DNA of 64,000 nt, filler included, from Hyphochytrium catenoides (Eukaryota > Protista > Hyphochytriomycota): NCBI GenBank assembly GCA_900088475.1. It is 14 parts of 14 records of this genome, joined end to end, with 100 filler letters (N's around TTAATTAATTAA, not from the genome) between each part and the next. Parts side by side here need not be neighbours in the genome. Positions count along the whole stretch, not along the records: positions 46,322 to 47,826 come from FLMG01000895.1; positions 47,927 to 50,542 come from FLMG01000511.1; positions 50,643 to 53,271 come from FLMG01001872.1; positions 53,372 to 54,906 come from FLMG01004500.1; positions 55,007 to 56,252 come from FLMG01002123.1; positions 56,353 to 58,198 come from FLMG01000238.1; positions 58,299 to 59,469 come from FLMG01003628.1; positions 59,570 to 60,692 come from FLMG01002249.1; 6 more parts are not named here. One strand, written 5' to 3'. The notes under the pieces were generated by a model. That model saw only the letters and a list, made by a program, of their open reading frames with translations, was not told the DNA's origin and ran no database searches. Shown in pieces: positions 46,770-59,619 of the stretch. Positions within the stretch are counted from its first letter, which is position 1; the number at the start of each line of letters is the position of its first letter. Position numbers and translations under genes: made by a program.

Positions 46770-47826
46770 CTATCGCTCATCTTCACCCTTTGGTGCCTTC
46801 TCGGTCTTCTGTGATTCAAACTCCTGGACAAGAGTGAGTAGGTGTTGAGCCGTGTCACAGGAGGGAACGAGGTGGAGAAGCTTCTTCGTGGCACTCCTGG
46901 CAGTGCCTAGGCGCTGTGAGAGCAGAGCTGCTTGCGCCTTCGTCATCAGAGCAGGAAAGTAGTAAGGTTTGCGTCTGAGTGTCTCGTTGCAGAGTTGGAT
47001 TGCTTTGGAGCTTTTGCCTGCATGATGGCGAGACTTGGTAAGATGCGAGTCGAGTAGCTGAGAAGACCATGAACTCGAAAAGAAAGATAGAACTGGCAAA
47101 CGACCTCAGGGCTGGCCGAGCCCAAGGACAGAGGTAAAGGAAAGACGTAATGATTCCGCCCGCTGGGACTATCTATGGTAAGAAAGTGCATACCGAACTC
47201 TACATCTCCAAGATGGGAGAACCAGTAGGCCATCTTGTCTATTTTTTTTTCCCTCTGCTTACCTTCGGCCTGCAGGAGCATGGCACGCTTATGGAGGACT
47301 TCAGTCCAGTCTGGATAGTGCCTCTGTAGCTTTCTAACAGCTTTCCTTGCGAACTTGAGGTCGCCTTCTATGATTGCTTCTGCTGCCAACTCCAAGTCCT
47401 CAGCCGCATCTTCACCCTTTTGCAAAGACCACAGCTCCTTCAGTCGCTCTTGCGCAGCTCGAGCCACCTACACATAGATAAAGTATTTCAATCAGAGATA
47501 AGTTAGGAAAAGAGCAAGTCTGAGGCCGCCACCAGGACAGAGCTGGGATGGAGAAAGCAACAATATAAACACGCATTTTAACATGACGTATCGACCTTGT
47601 AGATGCAAGCTCAACAAGGTCCTAACAGCAGCACTTTCGGATTGCAGGCCGTCGTACCACTGGGGACGTATGTCTCATCGCCTTGACAAGCTTCTCTTCG
47701 TCCTCCCACTGCTCCATTTTCATTTTCAAGAACGGATTCTCATCCTGCAGCAGAGCCATAGAGAGGCTAATCCGCCCACGGTAGTCATCCTCAACGTCAC
47801 TCTCCTCCTCTTCTTCTTCATCGCTG
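46770..47826 (-). CDS. TPR-repeat protein, 3' exons (partial)
   Basis: YPDWTEVLHKRAMLL and AIQLCNETLRRKPYYFPALMTKAQA helical TPR-like units, joined across GT-AG introns. Confidence 0.65.
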
Positions 47827-47926
47827 NNNNNNNNNNNNNNNNNNNNNNNNNNNNNNNNNNNNNNNNNNNNTTAATTAATTAANNNNNNNNNNNNNNNNNN
47901 NNNNNNNNNNNNNNNNNNNNNNNNNN

Positions 47927-50542
47927 GAGGTCCTCGATGGAGGACAGCTCCAGTGATGGCCCGGCAACATGGCCGTGATTCGAAGGGATCTGCGTCGCCT
48001 TGGCCGCGGCGACTGCTCCGTCCTTACGATGCACCATTTCGGATGATTTGCAGGCTTCTCCAAGCACTGTGCTAGGACGACTAGTATTGGCACTGCTGCC
48101 GAAAGGAGCATCTGTGCTTATGAACTTCAGGAACCGTATTTTTACATACTATGCTCTGACAGAGATGTCGCGGAAAGGTTATCCTGGCCATCTCAGGGTT
48201 CGCTCTGCACTTCAACCTTTGACCTTCGATAAGTTCTGTCACGCTGCTTCGGCTTGTGTGCTTTAAAGAGGCGGTATTATCCAGCAATAATATATCTCGT
48301 CCTCTATTGCCCAATCATCCCCCCTCCGTGAGGCATCATTACAAAGTGATGACCAGGAGCAGCGTTTTCAACTTGCTCACCGTCACGGCTGCTCCTATCT
48401 TTGAAAGAAGTCCGGGGTCCTTGTATATTAGCACTCTCTCGGATCAGCACCTGTAGATTCAGGGAAGAAGAAGAAAAAGAGGAACAAAGTGACACAACGA
48501 AAAAGAGACGATCTCATAGTAAGAAACTTCAATGACCTCTAACGATGGTTTATGCCTTCTTCTTCCCTCATCAGCACCAGGTACCTACTTGAGAGATGAT
48601 GGTCGTGGATGGATCGAGCGCCTCACCGTCCGGCACCAGAAGAGAGAGACACCCTACCTACTCCTATCACGGCGGCGGCAGTAACGAGACAACAGCAAGC
48701 ATCCTGGTGCATCTTCATCCTTCTATCGTCCCAGTGGTTGGCGCGCCGCCGTCCTCATCGCAGGCCACAGAGGCAGGCAAACAGCCAGCTTCAAGTCCGC
48801 CAACCTCCTGTCCCCTCCTCCCCTCCCGTCCGTTACTATCAACCCTCCCCCCCCCTTCCCCCCGGGTACATCAAGCGACAGACCTCTACATTGTTGTACT
48901 ACAACAACGCACGAGAAAGGTCATATGATAACATCATTGGCTTGACGCTTACTCCATATCAGTGTGTTTGTCTGTCTGTCGCTTTGTTATCATTGTGTCT
49001 GGGGGATCAAATTATCTGGTCGCTGGTGCGCCTCTGCCGTCGTCCTGGACCGCCGCGGCTGCTCTTCTTCTCGTCCGCACCAGCAGCAGCAGCAGCACGG
49101 TCAGAGACTAACCGCACAGTTCCTCCGTCCTCCTGTTGTCGTTGCCTCAGCCTTAGAAGAAGAGAAGCCTGTGGTGGTGGTGCCTACATGCTGCGGTGGT
49201 GGTTGATAGAAGAGCTGCTGATTGCTGATGCAGCAGGGCCAGCGCATGTTGTGCTGATGATGCGCCGGATCGACGACATGTGTGCGCGATGGTTGTGGGA
49301 TTGATGATGCTTGAGAGACAGCAGGAGAAAGTAGAAAGTCTTATACATGGGCTCGGAGTGTGATGCCGGACATAACACCGAAGATTGTTCTTCTGCTGCT
49401 TCATCAGGTCGTTAATTGGAAGAAGCGAAAAAAAGACAACATCAGATTGGAAACTGCTGGGGCGTTGCTGAATCTGCTGGTTGTTTCCACCTCGGGGACA
49501 CCACGCGTTGCAGGCATTACTCCTAAAGTAAGTTTCTAGAGCAGCGTCGCAAATAGAATTCAAAATCATCACAGTGATGACGAGACGGAGGAAGTACTGC
49601 TGCTGCTGATAGTGGAGGAGGAGGAGGAGGAGAACTAGCAGGAGAAGGCCAGAGGAGGAGGGAGCAGAGCGACGTATTACCTTCCTTGTTTATAGTACGG
49701 ACGTCCAAAAATAGAAGAGACACCTAAAAGACGACGCGGACCTTATCTGGTGATTTCTGAAGCAAGCAAGGCGACAGTAGCTCTAGTCTGCGGCGCAAGT
49801 AAATCCGCTTTCCATAAAAAATAACCCTACTAGTGCCTGCCATCGCCACCATCGATGATGAAGCCCCGCGATGCAGGCGAATGTAAGGCTGGCGGAGATG
49901 CGGACACATCACTGTTACTACTGTCGATACGCTAAGGCCATCGTTGAAACATCCTCCGCTCGCGGTATGAGTAGTAGTGGTCGTTAGGCTCATGCACAAT
50001 ACTCTTGAGTGCTTTTTGTTGTCAGGTCTCAACACTGTCGTTTTACTCCATCCGCCGCCAGTATCCTTGACTCCAAGAGACCAATGTCTTTACGGTGATG
50101 ATGACGAGGAGAGCAACGTTCTTCAAGCTGCTATCTTGTACCAATGACCCCAGCATCGTAACCTGTACTGCTTACCGAGCGGAATGGAGGACTGATAGGT
50201 AGCCATAGGGTTGGCTTTATTCTTCTTGACGCATCAGCCCTCTATGTTGTTGACGTCATGTTATCCGGGTGACCAAAGTCAGTCAACTAGACACGAGTTC
50301 GTCTTTAAGTTTGAGACTACGATAATGGCAGAAGCGATAGCGACTGAAGTTGGTAGAGTAGTCGTTGGCGTCACACCAGATCGTATCGAAGATAGGGTGA
50401 CTGCACCTACGCAGGAGGCAGCAGTTCCTTAGTACTGTTGGCGGAGATTCCTCTCCACCCAATCGCTCTGTCTCCCTTGTATTTCGTTGCCAGGGCGGCT
50501 GCTGCTGCAATATGGTACTGACGACAACAGGAGCTACAGGCT
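47927..50542. repeat. ~2.6-kb repeat unit, copy B (entire contig)
   Basis: See copy A. Confidence 0.95.
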
Positions 50543-50687
50543 NNNNNNNNNNNNNNNNNNNNNNNNNNNNNNNNNNNNNNNNNNNNTTAATTAATTAANN
50601 NNNNNNNNNNNNNNNNNNNNNNNNNNNNNNNNNNNNNNNNNNATACAGAAGCTTCAGGCATTGCCACCCATCTCTGTAAATTTCATC

Positions 50688-50899
50688 AAAAGCCCTTTCG
50701 CTTTATCTCTGACCCCTTTCTTATCACCAAGTACACAAAGAGCCAACCCAAAGAAAAGCCCAACCAGTGATTAGTGAAAAACCAAATAGTGAAATTTTGC
50801 TCACAAACACACAGACAGACACACAGACAACACGAAAATGTCCATTTGTGCTGGAGCCCCTGTGGGTTGAAATTGAGGCTCGCCCTTCGGGCTCGCAAT
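50688..50899. repeat. ~210-bp dispersed repeat ending in a TTCG hairpin, copy 1 (copy 2 at 52925-53139)
   Basis: ccctttcgcttt...cacagacagacac...gcccctgtggg...cccttcgggctcgcaat in both places. Confidence 0.9.
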
Positions 50900-51143
50900 G
50901 AACAGGGACATTTCGTTGGCTTCATATCTCGGCTTCTACTGGGAGTTGGGAGCTGAAACTTGGGTAGTTAAGCTTGCCAGCTTGTAGGCCACATAGCTGT
51001 GCCCTCAGACTGCAACAGAATTGAAATATTTTCTTGGGGTTGAAATTCTTAGGAGACCGACCAAATTGCAGGATATACCTTAGTAGAGAAACAGAAGAAA
51101 GTTCATATGGAGGAATCCAACCCAACCAGCCAGCACCCCAGCT

Positions 51144-51870
51144 GTGGCAGGTAGGGGAGCAACTTCCCATGCCGTGCGAGCTCTCAGCGTTGAGTCAGGA
51201 GGAAGAGCAGGAGTTATTACAAGTTCCGTGCCGCAATGGTGTTGGAGCACTACTACACCCCCTCATTGCGACTCGACCAGACATAGCCTACGCAGCACAG
51301 TCACTAAGTTAACATATGGCCAGCTTCCGGAATGTCCACTGGAAAGCGGTCAAGAGAATCTTTCATTACTTGAAGGGTACTAGCGGCTACGCACTATGTC
51401 TAGGCAGGGGAGTGACGGTCACAACCTCAAGCTCTTTGCCGATGCTGACTGGGCTAATGACACATCCAGTCGTAAGTCAGTCACTGAAATCTGTATGACT
51501 CTTGGCATCGGTGCTTTCGCTGCTTGGAAATGCAAAAAGCAAGACATTGTATCATCTTCGACAACAGAAGCTGAGTGCATCTCTCTGTGAACAGGATCCA
51601 AACATGCAGATAATATAACCTTTTTCTTGAGTGAAATCAATTACCCGCAGCACCATCACTATAGGCCAAATGCTAAGACCGAAGAAGTCCAAATTACGTC
51701 GATGTCAAACATTGTGTTATCCGCGACAAAGTCAACCGCAATGTCTTAAGGATTACTACTGTCCGTCAACGACATGACCGCTGATATCCTCACCAAGGCA
51801 CTACTGATTCCACTGTTCCAAGCCTTACTCCCTCAGCTAGGAATAGTACCCAACATACCCAGCATATGAT
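51144..51870 (+). pseudogene. Ty1/Copia reverse transcriptase C-terminus + RNase H remnant
   Basis: ATRPDIAYA, HWKAVKRIFHYLKGT, FADADWANDTSSRKS, WKCKKQDIVSSSTTEAE, DMTADILTKAL; stops and frameshifts present. Confidence 0.93.
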
Positions 51871-51936
51871 CATCCCTTCTCTCAAAATCGAACCCCTCAT
51901 TCTCTCTTACTTACAGACATTTGAAGTGCGGGGAGG

Positions 51937-52409
51937 TGTTGAAGTATGGACTATCTGAGTCTTACTTTATAGGACTAAGATGTACCCGACCAGTTGTCCA
52001 AGTTAAAGTCTAAACTCCATGTAGATGCAGAGATATGAAGGAAGAAGTGGACTCTAATGCTAACTATGGCTTATTACTAGGAGAGAACAGGTACTCTCTA
52101 TTTGGAAAACATCTCAATAGTATTCAGGATCCTAAATCCAATAGGGTCCCTCCATATAAAGACTACCCCTTCTAGCTTATAAACCGAGCAGGAACTCATA
52201 ACATAATTGTCTCCGAATCCCATACATTCATCAAAAACTACCCTGGATACACTGCCCCTGGTAGATTGAATCCAAAGTAGATTAGACAGCCAGGTGTTAC
52301 CCCTCGGGAGAACGCTCTCACTCTCCACCTATTGCCATTCAACCCTCTCGTATCCCACTGCTGCGAAGGCGCCTACAACAGGAAGACTCCATCTCCCGTG
52401 CGGTTAACA
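51937..52409 (+). mobile_element. Probable Copia 3' LTR
   Basis: Purine tract gcggggagg directly followed by TGTTGAAG; TATA-like cttataaa; ends ggttaACA; lies right after RNase H. Confidence 0.65.
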
Positions 52410-52924
52410 ACACTGAGACAACATCTGACCTGCAACTATCAGGAAGAAGTGGACTCTATGATGAAATTTAGCAGAGGTAGATGTTGATGACGTTAGAAGC
52501 TCTGTCTAACTGTACATATCAATAGCTTTAGGCTTCGCCTAGGGCTCGCCAGACGTTACTACTGCGTAATCCAGCCTTCGGCTGCATTATTAGTGGAAGA
52601 TGCTTGGACGACACACTACTGATTTGGTTGTACGAAGTAACACCACCACGGCAGGGGCTCTTCATCTCTTCCTACATGTAGAACCACCAGTATTTCCTAG
52701 ATAATAGGCACACTCTACTCGTTCACACATTCTCAACTCTCGAATTGCCGCAGGAGTTGCGTGACATGTCACCTCCACCCTCAGCTCCTACAGCTAAAGA
52801 TACTGGAAAGTCGATGATGCGTCTCAGGTAAAGTAAGGTTATAATACAAATTCGCCTGGACGCACGCGATGTGTCTCGGTTTGTGGTGATACGTCTCGCG
52901 TTACAAATTCGAGTTTTGTTCATA

Positions 52925-53139
52925 AAAACCCTTTCGCTTTCGCTCTGACCCCTTTATATCTCCAAAGTACACAACCCAAACCCAAAGAAAAAACCCAAAC
53001 AGTGATTAGTGAAAATCCAAATAGCTAGTGAAATTTTGATCACAAACACACAGACAGACACCCAGACAACACGAAAAAGTCCATTTGTGCTGAAGCCCCT
53101 GTGGGCTGAAATTGAGGCTCACCCTTCGGGCTCGCAATA
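52925..53139. repeat. ~210-bp dispersed repeat, copy 2
   Basis: Matches 50688-50899. Confidence 0.9.
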
Positions 53140-55736
53140 ACAGAGGGACTTCATGATAATTATCTGTGAATTAACTCAATGAATGTCTGTCTTGGTGCTC
53201 TGCTGATCAATCTGCGCCTCGTTTATTGTTGGAGTCTGAGGGCACAGCTATGTGGCCTACAAGCTGGCAAGNNNNNNNNNNNNNNNNNNNNNNNNNNNNN
53301 NNNNNNNNNNNNNNNTTAATTAATTAANNNNNNNNNNNNNNNNNNNNNNNNNNNNNNNNNNNNNNNNNNNNGTTCTATAGTCTGAGGAGGGTGATGATGG
53401 CTTCCTGGGTTTAGCACGCGATGATAGGAGTTAGGTAGTCAGCGCTCTTTCGGTGGCAGCAGTGCGTGGTGGTGCAATAAATAGAAGAACGACGGCTGCA
53501 GCTCGTCCAATCAAAGCATCACGCTTGGGACCTGGTGCACGGTTTGCTTCTCAACAGGTAGAACTACTTCTTAGGATGTCCCACACCCACTAGCAGGAAC
53601 CTTCCACCACCACTGTGGCCAATCTGCTTGCTGATGACAACAGTAGTAGCGTCCTACTAGTTCTAAAGCAGAACCGCACTGATGCTGGGTCACGATTGAA
53701 TGTAATAATGTCTGACATGTCTCGCTCGCCGTGGATAAAATTATGACTGGCCGCCGACCTACGGACAGGCAGGGAGGCAGTACCGACGACTGACAATGCA
53801 CAAAATTTTGAGGGTTCATTTTGCTAAGCATAATAAGCACCTTGAAGGTTCTTAGTCATTTCTTAGGGCAGCGAGTGGCAGACAGGAGAAGCGAGGGCAC
53901 TCACACCACCACTACATCCTGGATCTCTGTATAATCAGCTAATGATTATGGAAGGGAAGATCACTCGTCGTAGTAGAACAAGAGACGGAGTTGACATGAG
54001 GAGGCAGACAACGGATGAAGAAGAATGTGTTCCAAACTATGAGCCTGGTGAGGGCTCGGCACAAGCGCGCCCATCCGCAGTTGAGAGAAGAAGATGAACT
54101 TTCCTGTTCCCAACAATGGCCAGAACCAGCAACCGACAACCTGTACATCGGAAGAAGGAGACGGCCGAGCCAACTACCCTGGTGGTTGTTCTCCTATTGG
54201 TGCCCTTTCTTGATGATGTTTATTAGCCTGATCATTGCAGCGCGTAGCTAACCTTTCAGGTTAGGACACGCCTCCTTTCTTGGTACCCTAGGAAAGAGAT
54301 ACGTGGCTGAGGGTTGGGTCATAGTGCTAGTAGATCTACGGCGAGGGGTGAGGGCAAGTGTGGAGGAACGACGAGGAAGAAGGAGAACTAAAGTACTGGA
54401 TGAGTTGTTTGATGTCACACGGGCCGGTGCGGCGTAATAGATCAGTGATGATGGTAGCAACAGACACAGGTTTCTGCTGTTTCCATTGTCTCTTAGCCCC
54501 AGCGTCCTACTAAGGCCATGGACTAGTTATGATCTTCAAACTGCTAGCCTGAGATAGCGTTTCAACTGTCTTGCTGGCGTTCTTTATCTTGGAAGGAATA
54601 CTTCTTTGTATCTTCCCTCTCTTCTCTCTCTCCTTCTTCGTCGTCTTCCCTTCTCTCTCTCCTCTTTTCTCTCTCTCTTCCTCATGCCTCCCTTCCCAAT
54701 GAATAGCAGCACACATGAGAAGCCCTTATTAAATGGCCACCGCCCCTCCGTGTAGAGCGGTAGCCACCAACCAAGAGGGGTTTTCTTCACTGCTGCCCAG
54801 CTCATTCACTTTTTATCTTCCCACGAGGGCAGAAGCAACTTCGCACGGAACCCAGGCACTGTCTGCCAACAAGGCCCAGCTATAAAGGAGCTACGATGGC
54901 GTCTCTNNNNNNNNNNNNNNNNNNNNNNNNNNNNNNNNNNNNNNNNNNNNTTAATTAATTAANNNNNNNNNNNNNNNNNNNNNNNNNNNNNNNNNNNNNN
55001 NNNNNNTATAGATTGCCGCATGAAGAGAGAGCATGTGGGCCTAGAGAGCAAATGGGCTCATGTCGGGATCTCCCCACAGCTTTCATTATCCACGGTCTCA
55101 CATTCGCTGATACCGTCTCCTTTCTCTTGCCAATTAGATACAAAAAGCAGGAACTCCTTGATAGCATTCACGATGAGATCCTTGCCTCCATTCATTTAAA
55201 GGTAGAATTCTCTACTTTAGATATACCGCAGGCTGTTTTTAGCTTTAATGGAAAACCGGTGAGGAAGCCCTCAGTGATCCTGATGGTGCGCTTATCCTCA
55301 CCCCGACCCTAGCAGACTATACCATACCTAACTTATGCTGGACCCTTCTTTCCACCAGGTCTGTTAATTCAGTTCTCCGGCCCAATGGTCCGTTTACTCG
55401 CAGCAATATCTCTTGCCATTACTTTTATCGATGGCGTCTGCGTAAGCATGACGCCCGATCCTATAGTCTTCACTTACATGCAGCAGACCTCTTGTCAATA
55501 CACTTTTGTGACGCTTGCATAATCGTGAGGCCCCACCCTCTGTTACTAGTCTGTATATCGATTAGGGCTGCACAATGTGACTGATGTTATGGGTATGAAG
55601 CAATTAGGATATGCCCAGCAACCTTTGGCGAACGGCGAGGACGCAAGAATCTCAGAGTGATCATCAGATGTCACAAAAGTTAGTCAGAGCCGCAAAAGAG
55701 AAAGCGTGCAGGGATATATGAGGCAGAGGCGCCCAA

Positions 55737-55830
55737 TAACCCTAGACTCTCTCTGGAAAGTGAAAAGGGGTAGGGGTAGGGTTAGGTTACCCTAACCTCT
55801 AACCCTAGACTCTCTCTGGAAAGTGAAAAG
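55737..55830. repeat. 31-bp direct duplication enclosing opposed telomere-like repeats
   Basis: taaccctagactctctctggaaagtgaaaag at 55737 and 55800, flanking gggtaggggtagggttaggttaccctaacctc. Confidence 0.85.
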
Positions 55831-56525
55831 ACAGTTCCAAGTACTGCAATTAGACTGAGTGTAAGGCCTAGTTACATCCATAACTTGGCTTTCTCTACAA
55901 TCCTTATTATTAGGAAAGGGTAACCACCACCGAAGAGCAACAAGGAAGAAGAAGCACAGATCGCCTGGTGATGAGGGGCAGAGTTATTCTTGGCTTGTGA
56001 AGGTGATGGAGATTTGTGCAATAATCCTGTTGAACTATCATGCCTGCAATCCCTCCCTCTGTCTTCCCTTTGACTGGTTGAACTCAAAGCGTCAGTCAAC
56101 TTCACCACCCGCTCATATTACTAGGGTACAGCAATGGACAGATACCGGTAAGCCCCTTGAGACGCTTTAAACTTATCACTCATTACTACTTCAGAAAGGT
56201 AATGGACTTAAATGTTAACCGTGGGACCTGATTGGCCCACAACGGCAGCTTCNNNNNNNNNNNNNNNNNNNNNNNNNNNNNNNNNNNNNNNNNNNNTTAA
56301 TTAATTAANNNNNNNNNNNNNNNNNNNNNNNNNNNNNNNNNNNNNNNNNNNNAATGTCGCCACCTCCTGTCTCATTCCATGGTCTCTCTCACTGTCTACC
56401 TTTATCTCTAATAAGTCTCTCCCTCTTTATGGGCAAGGGCACGGGCCAAGTAGAGGATGCAACTGCCTCTCTCAGGTCTCTTGTAGGGTTCTCTGGCTTG
56501 CACATAAGTTATAATCACGCCGCTT

Positions 56526-56563
<38 letters not shown>

Positions 56564-59500
56564 TCTCTCTCTTCTCTCTCTCTCTTTCCTGCTCTCTCTC
56601 TCTTTCTCCTTCCCTCATCATCTCAGTCTCTTCCTCTCTCTCTCTCATTGCCTCCATCAGCCTGGCTTCACGTCCCTTGTGTCTGTCTCCAAAAATAACG
56701 TCTTACAGAAACATTCCGCTTAACGCGAAACAAAGAAATAACAAGGCAGTAACTCTATCAGCTTCGCGTCTCAACTTAGTGAAACATTTCACTTAACGAA
56801 TCTTTCTTTGGGAGTGCGCCAGTCAGATCTTGAACCATTGTAACGGACGTTGAGATCGATTGCTCTCTTCGTCGGTCCTCGACGACGATGATGATGGACA
56901 GCTTCTTCCCTCATTTTTCTTTCCTTTATCACCCTCCTGCTACTCCTCTCTCCTGCTATGAGGTTCCTTGGTTTTCCTTTTTCTACTTTGTCTCTCTCGT
57001 TTCAACTCCGATATCTACCTCCTCCTTCCTACTCTGTCTGCTGGTCATTCGTCCTGCATAAATAATCTTCTTCGTCCACTTTGGTTCGATAGGGCCTTCC
57101 ACCATGTGGATGTCTTCCATCATCTTCCTCTCTGCTTGACTCTCTCAACTTATTTTGCCGCTTAAAGGGCCCACGATTGTCTGATATTTAAGCTTCATAG
57201 CGTCAGTGGACCTGATTCCTCCACTGGGTTTCTCTTTGCTTGCCGGTTCGCTGACGACCAAAGGGCAGCTCGATTGACTGCAAGGGTACCCGCGACGGAA
57301 ACCTTTTGAAAAGGAGACTTGAAAGGTCTCTAAGCAAGATCAAGAATTGAAGCATGAAGAGCCTTGGGAGGATGTGCTGCTGCTTGTCAATGATTGTCTG
57401 TCAATCCGTTCATTACTTTATCATAGTCAACAAGGAAGAATCACGGCAAGATAATAAAAGAGAAGACCACTAGAAGTAAAATGCGCAGGTCCCATGAAGC
57501 GTCGTGCAAATAAGAACTACTACATCTTACATCAGAACCTGTCGGAATGGAATCTATGATTAGTCCGTGTTTATTACTATCTTCTAGGAAGGAACTATGG
57601 ACTGTCCGTCTCCACTGCCTGGACTCTTCCCATCCGAGCAAGGATAGACTCGTGTCTTGTGTCGCTTGGCTCTTCTTGCCGCTCGTTACCAGCTGCTGCC
57701 AGCCAGTCGTTCAGTTCTCTCATCAACAAGCTGCAGAAGAGCTGCTGGCTTCCAATGCTTGGATACCTGGCGGACTGACACTGAGATCTTCTCTTCTTGC
57801 TTGCTGCCTTCCCTCCTTCCTCTTTCAGGAAAGCGCAAGCTCCTCTGTCATCATCCTGCCACCCCACCACCACCCATCCCTGTGATACACTACGAATGGT
57901 TGTCTCAGATGCACGTCAGGTATGTACTGTACATGTCGATGGCCGTACCGTCAAAAGGTGTGTCAAACGATGTACTTTGAAAGATACGCTTCTATCGTCA
58001 AGGTGAAAGATATTATGACTATATATCTAACCTTGTAATATTTTGTATCTTTCGTCCTTGAACTGCTCGAAATCTATTGACTGGTGGTGGACAAAGTGCA
58101 CCATGTGAAGATCTCAAACCTCCGCTGTCGCTCGCTCGCCCGCCCTGCCGCAGCAGCCTCAGAACACAATCAAGAATTGCGAGATCGAGCGTCTCCGCNN
58201 NNNNNNNNNNNNNNNNNNNNNNNNNNNNNNNNNNNNNNNNNNTTAATTAATTAANNNNNNNNNNNNNNNNNNNNNNNNNNNNNNNNNNNNNNNNNNNNAT
58301 GCAGCCCCGCACCTGTGGACTTTTATTGTAGCTGCGGCGTAGGCTCTCTTCTGCCCCTTCTCCCTCTGCCTTGATTGATCAGCCTCCTCACTCTGTCTTT
58401 CCCGTTTAGAGTCTTTATGCATGTAGACAGCTCTATCTAGCAGGGACTGTTGCCGTCCCTTTCCCTACGCCTCCCTCATCTCTATCTACTCAAAGGGGAT
58501 ATCTATATGTACAGACGTACATACCTCTCTCTGCTCAGATATAAGCTGGTCTCATCGCTCTGTCTCTCTGTCCCTGTCACTCTGTATGGCGCTTTCCGTG
58601 GACTCTGTCACGTTGCTCTATCAATCCTTGAACCTTGCCCATTTTTCCCTCAACCTGACCGAATGTTCCCAGCGGATGGATTCCCAATAGGCAATGCTCT
58701 CATTAAGAATACCTTATGTTTTAGATGACATGTCATGTTTTTGGGGGATAATAACTCTGCCGAGCTTGTGGGATCTTCTTTCATCGGCATCTTCAGGTCT
58801 TCAAGTGGTGCCCCAGACTGCAGACAGGCTGCAGATGACCTTGAGCTTTCTTCCTCATCATCAGCCCACAAATGGCAGAGAGGGAGAGCCATAAGGTTGT
58901 GCCCTAGTAGAGTCATCGGGATGTACCTACCAATACCAAGAAAGCTGGAAATGCCTTACACGATAGGTTAAGAAAACTCCATTGACTGCTTGGTCTCGAT
59001 GATGTTGAATAAGAATTGAAGTCCTTGGGGAGAGGATAGTGTGTGTCTTCGTAGAGGATTGCTCGAGCTAGACAATAATAGGGAAGCAAGAAGAAAATAT
59101 TGTCTTCGGAGAGATCAAGGGTGATAGTATCCCGATGGCAAGACCAAAGACGCTTCTTAGATGCAATCATCAGCGTTATTTTCTTCCTCTGCCTTTCTTA
59201 GGAAGCTAATCGGTCGATGTTCGTTTACGCTTGGCAAAGTGATTTGGTGTGGGCTTTTTCACAGAGGACTGGCTTTTGTTCTCTAGTTGACGCTTAAGCT
59301 CTCCAAGTTTATAGCCCAATGGGTCTACGTACGGCGGTCCTACGCGCAGCAGCTGTCCTTATCATCAGTAACTACTAAGTAACAACTAAAGCGGCTTCCC
59401 TCCCCTTCTGGGAGCAGATTTCTCTTAAAGAGGCCGACTCACACATGTCTAGCTACTGTTTCGGCGGAGNNNNNNNNNNNNNNNNNNNNNNNNNNNNNNN

Positions 59501-59619
59501 NNNNNNNNNNNNNTTAATTAATTAANNNNNNNNNNNNNNNNNNNNNNNNNNNNNNNNNNNNNNNNNNNNGAAAGACACCATATTCGATGATAGCGAAGGC
59601 TGGTTTGGTTGGTCATTAA

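Noticed and set aside
53372-59469. Short ORFs on four small contigs
   Set aside because: No recognisable motifs or consistent exon structure; left unannotated.
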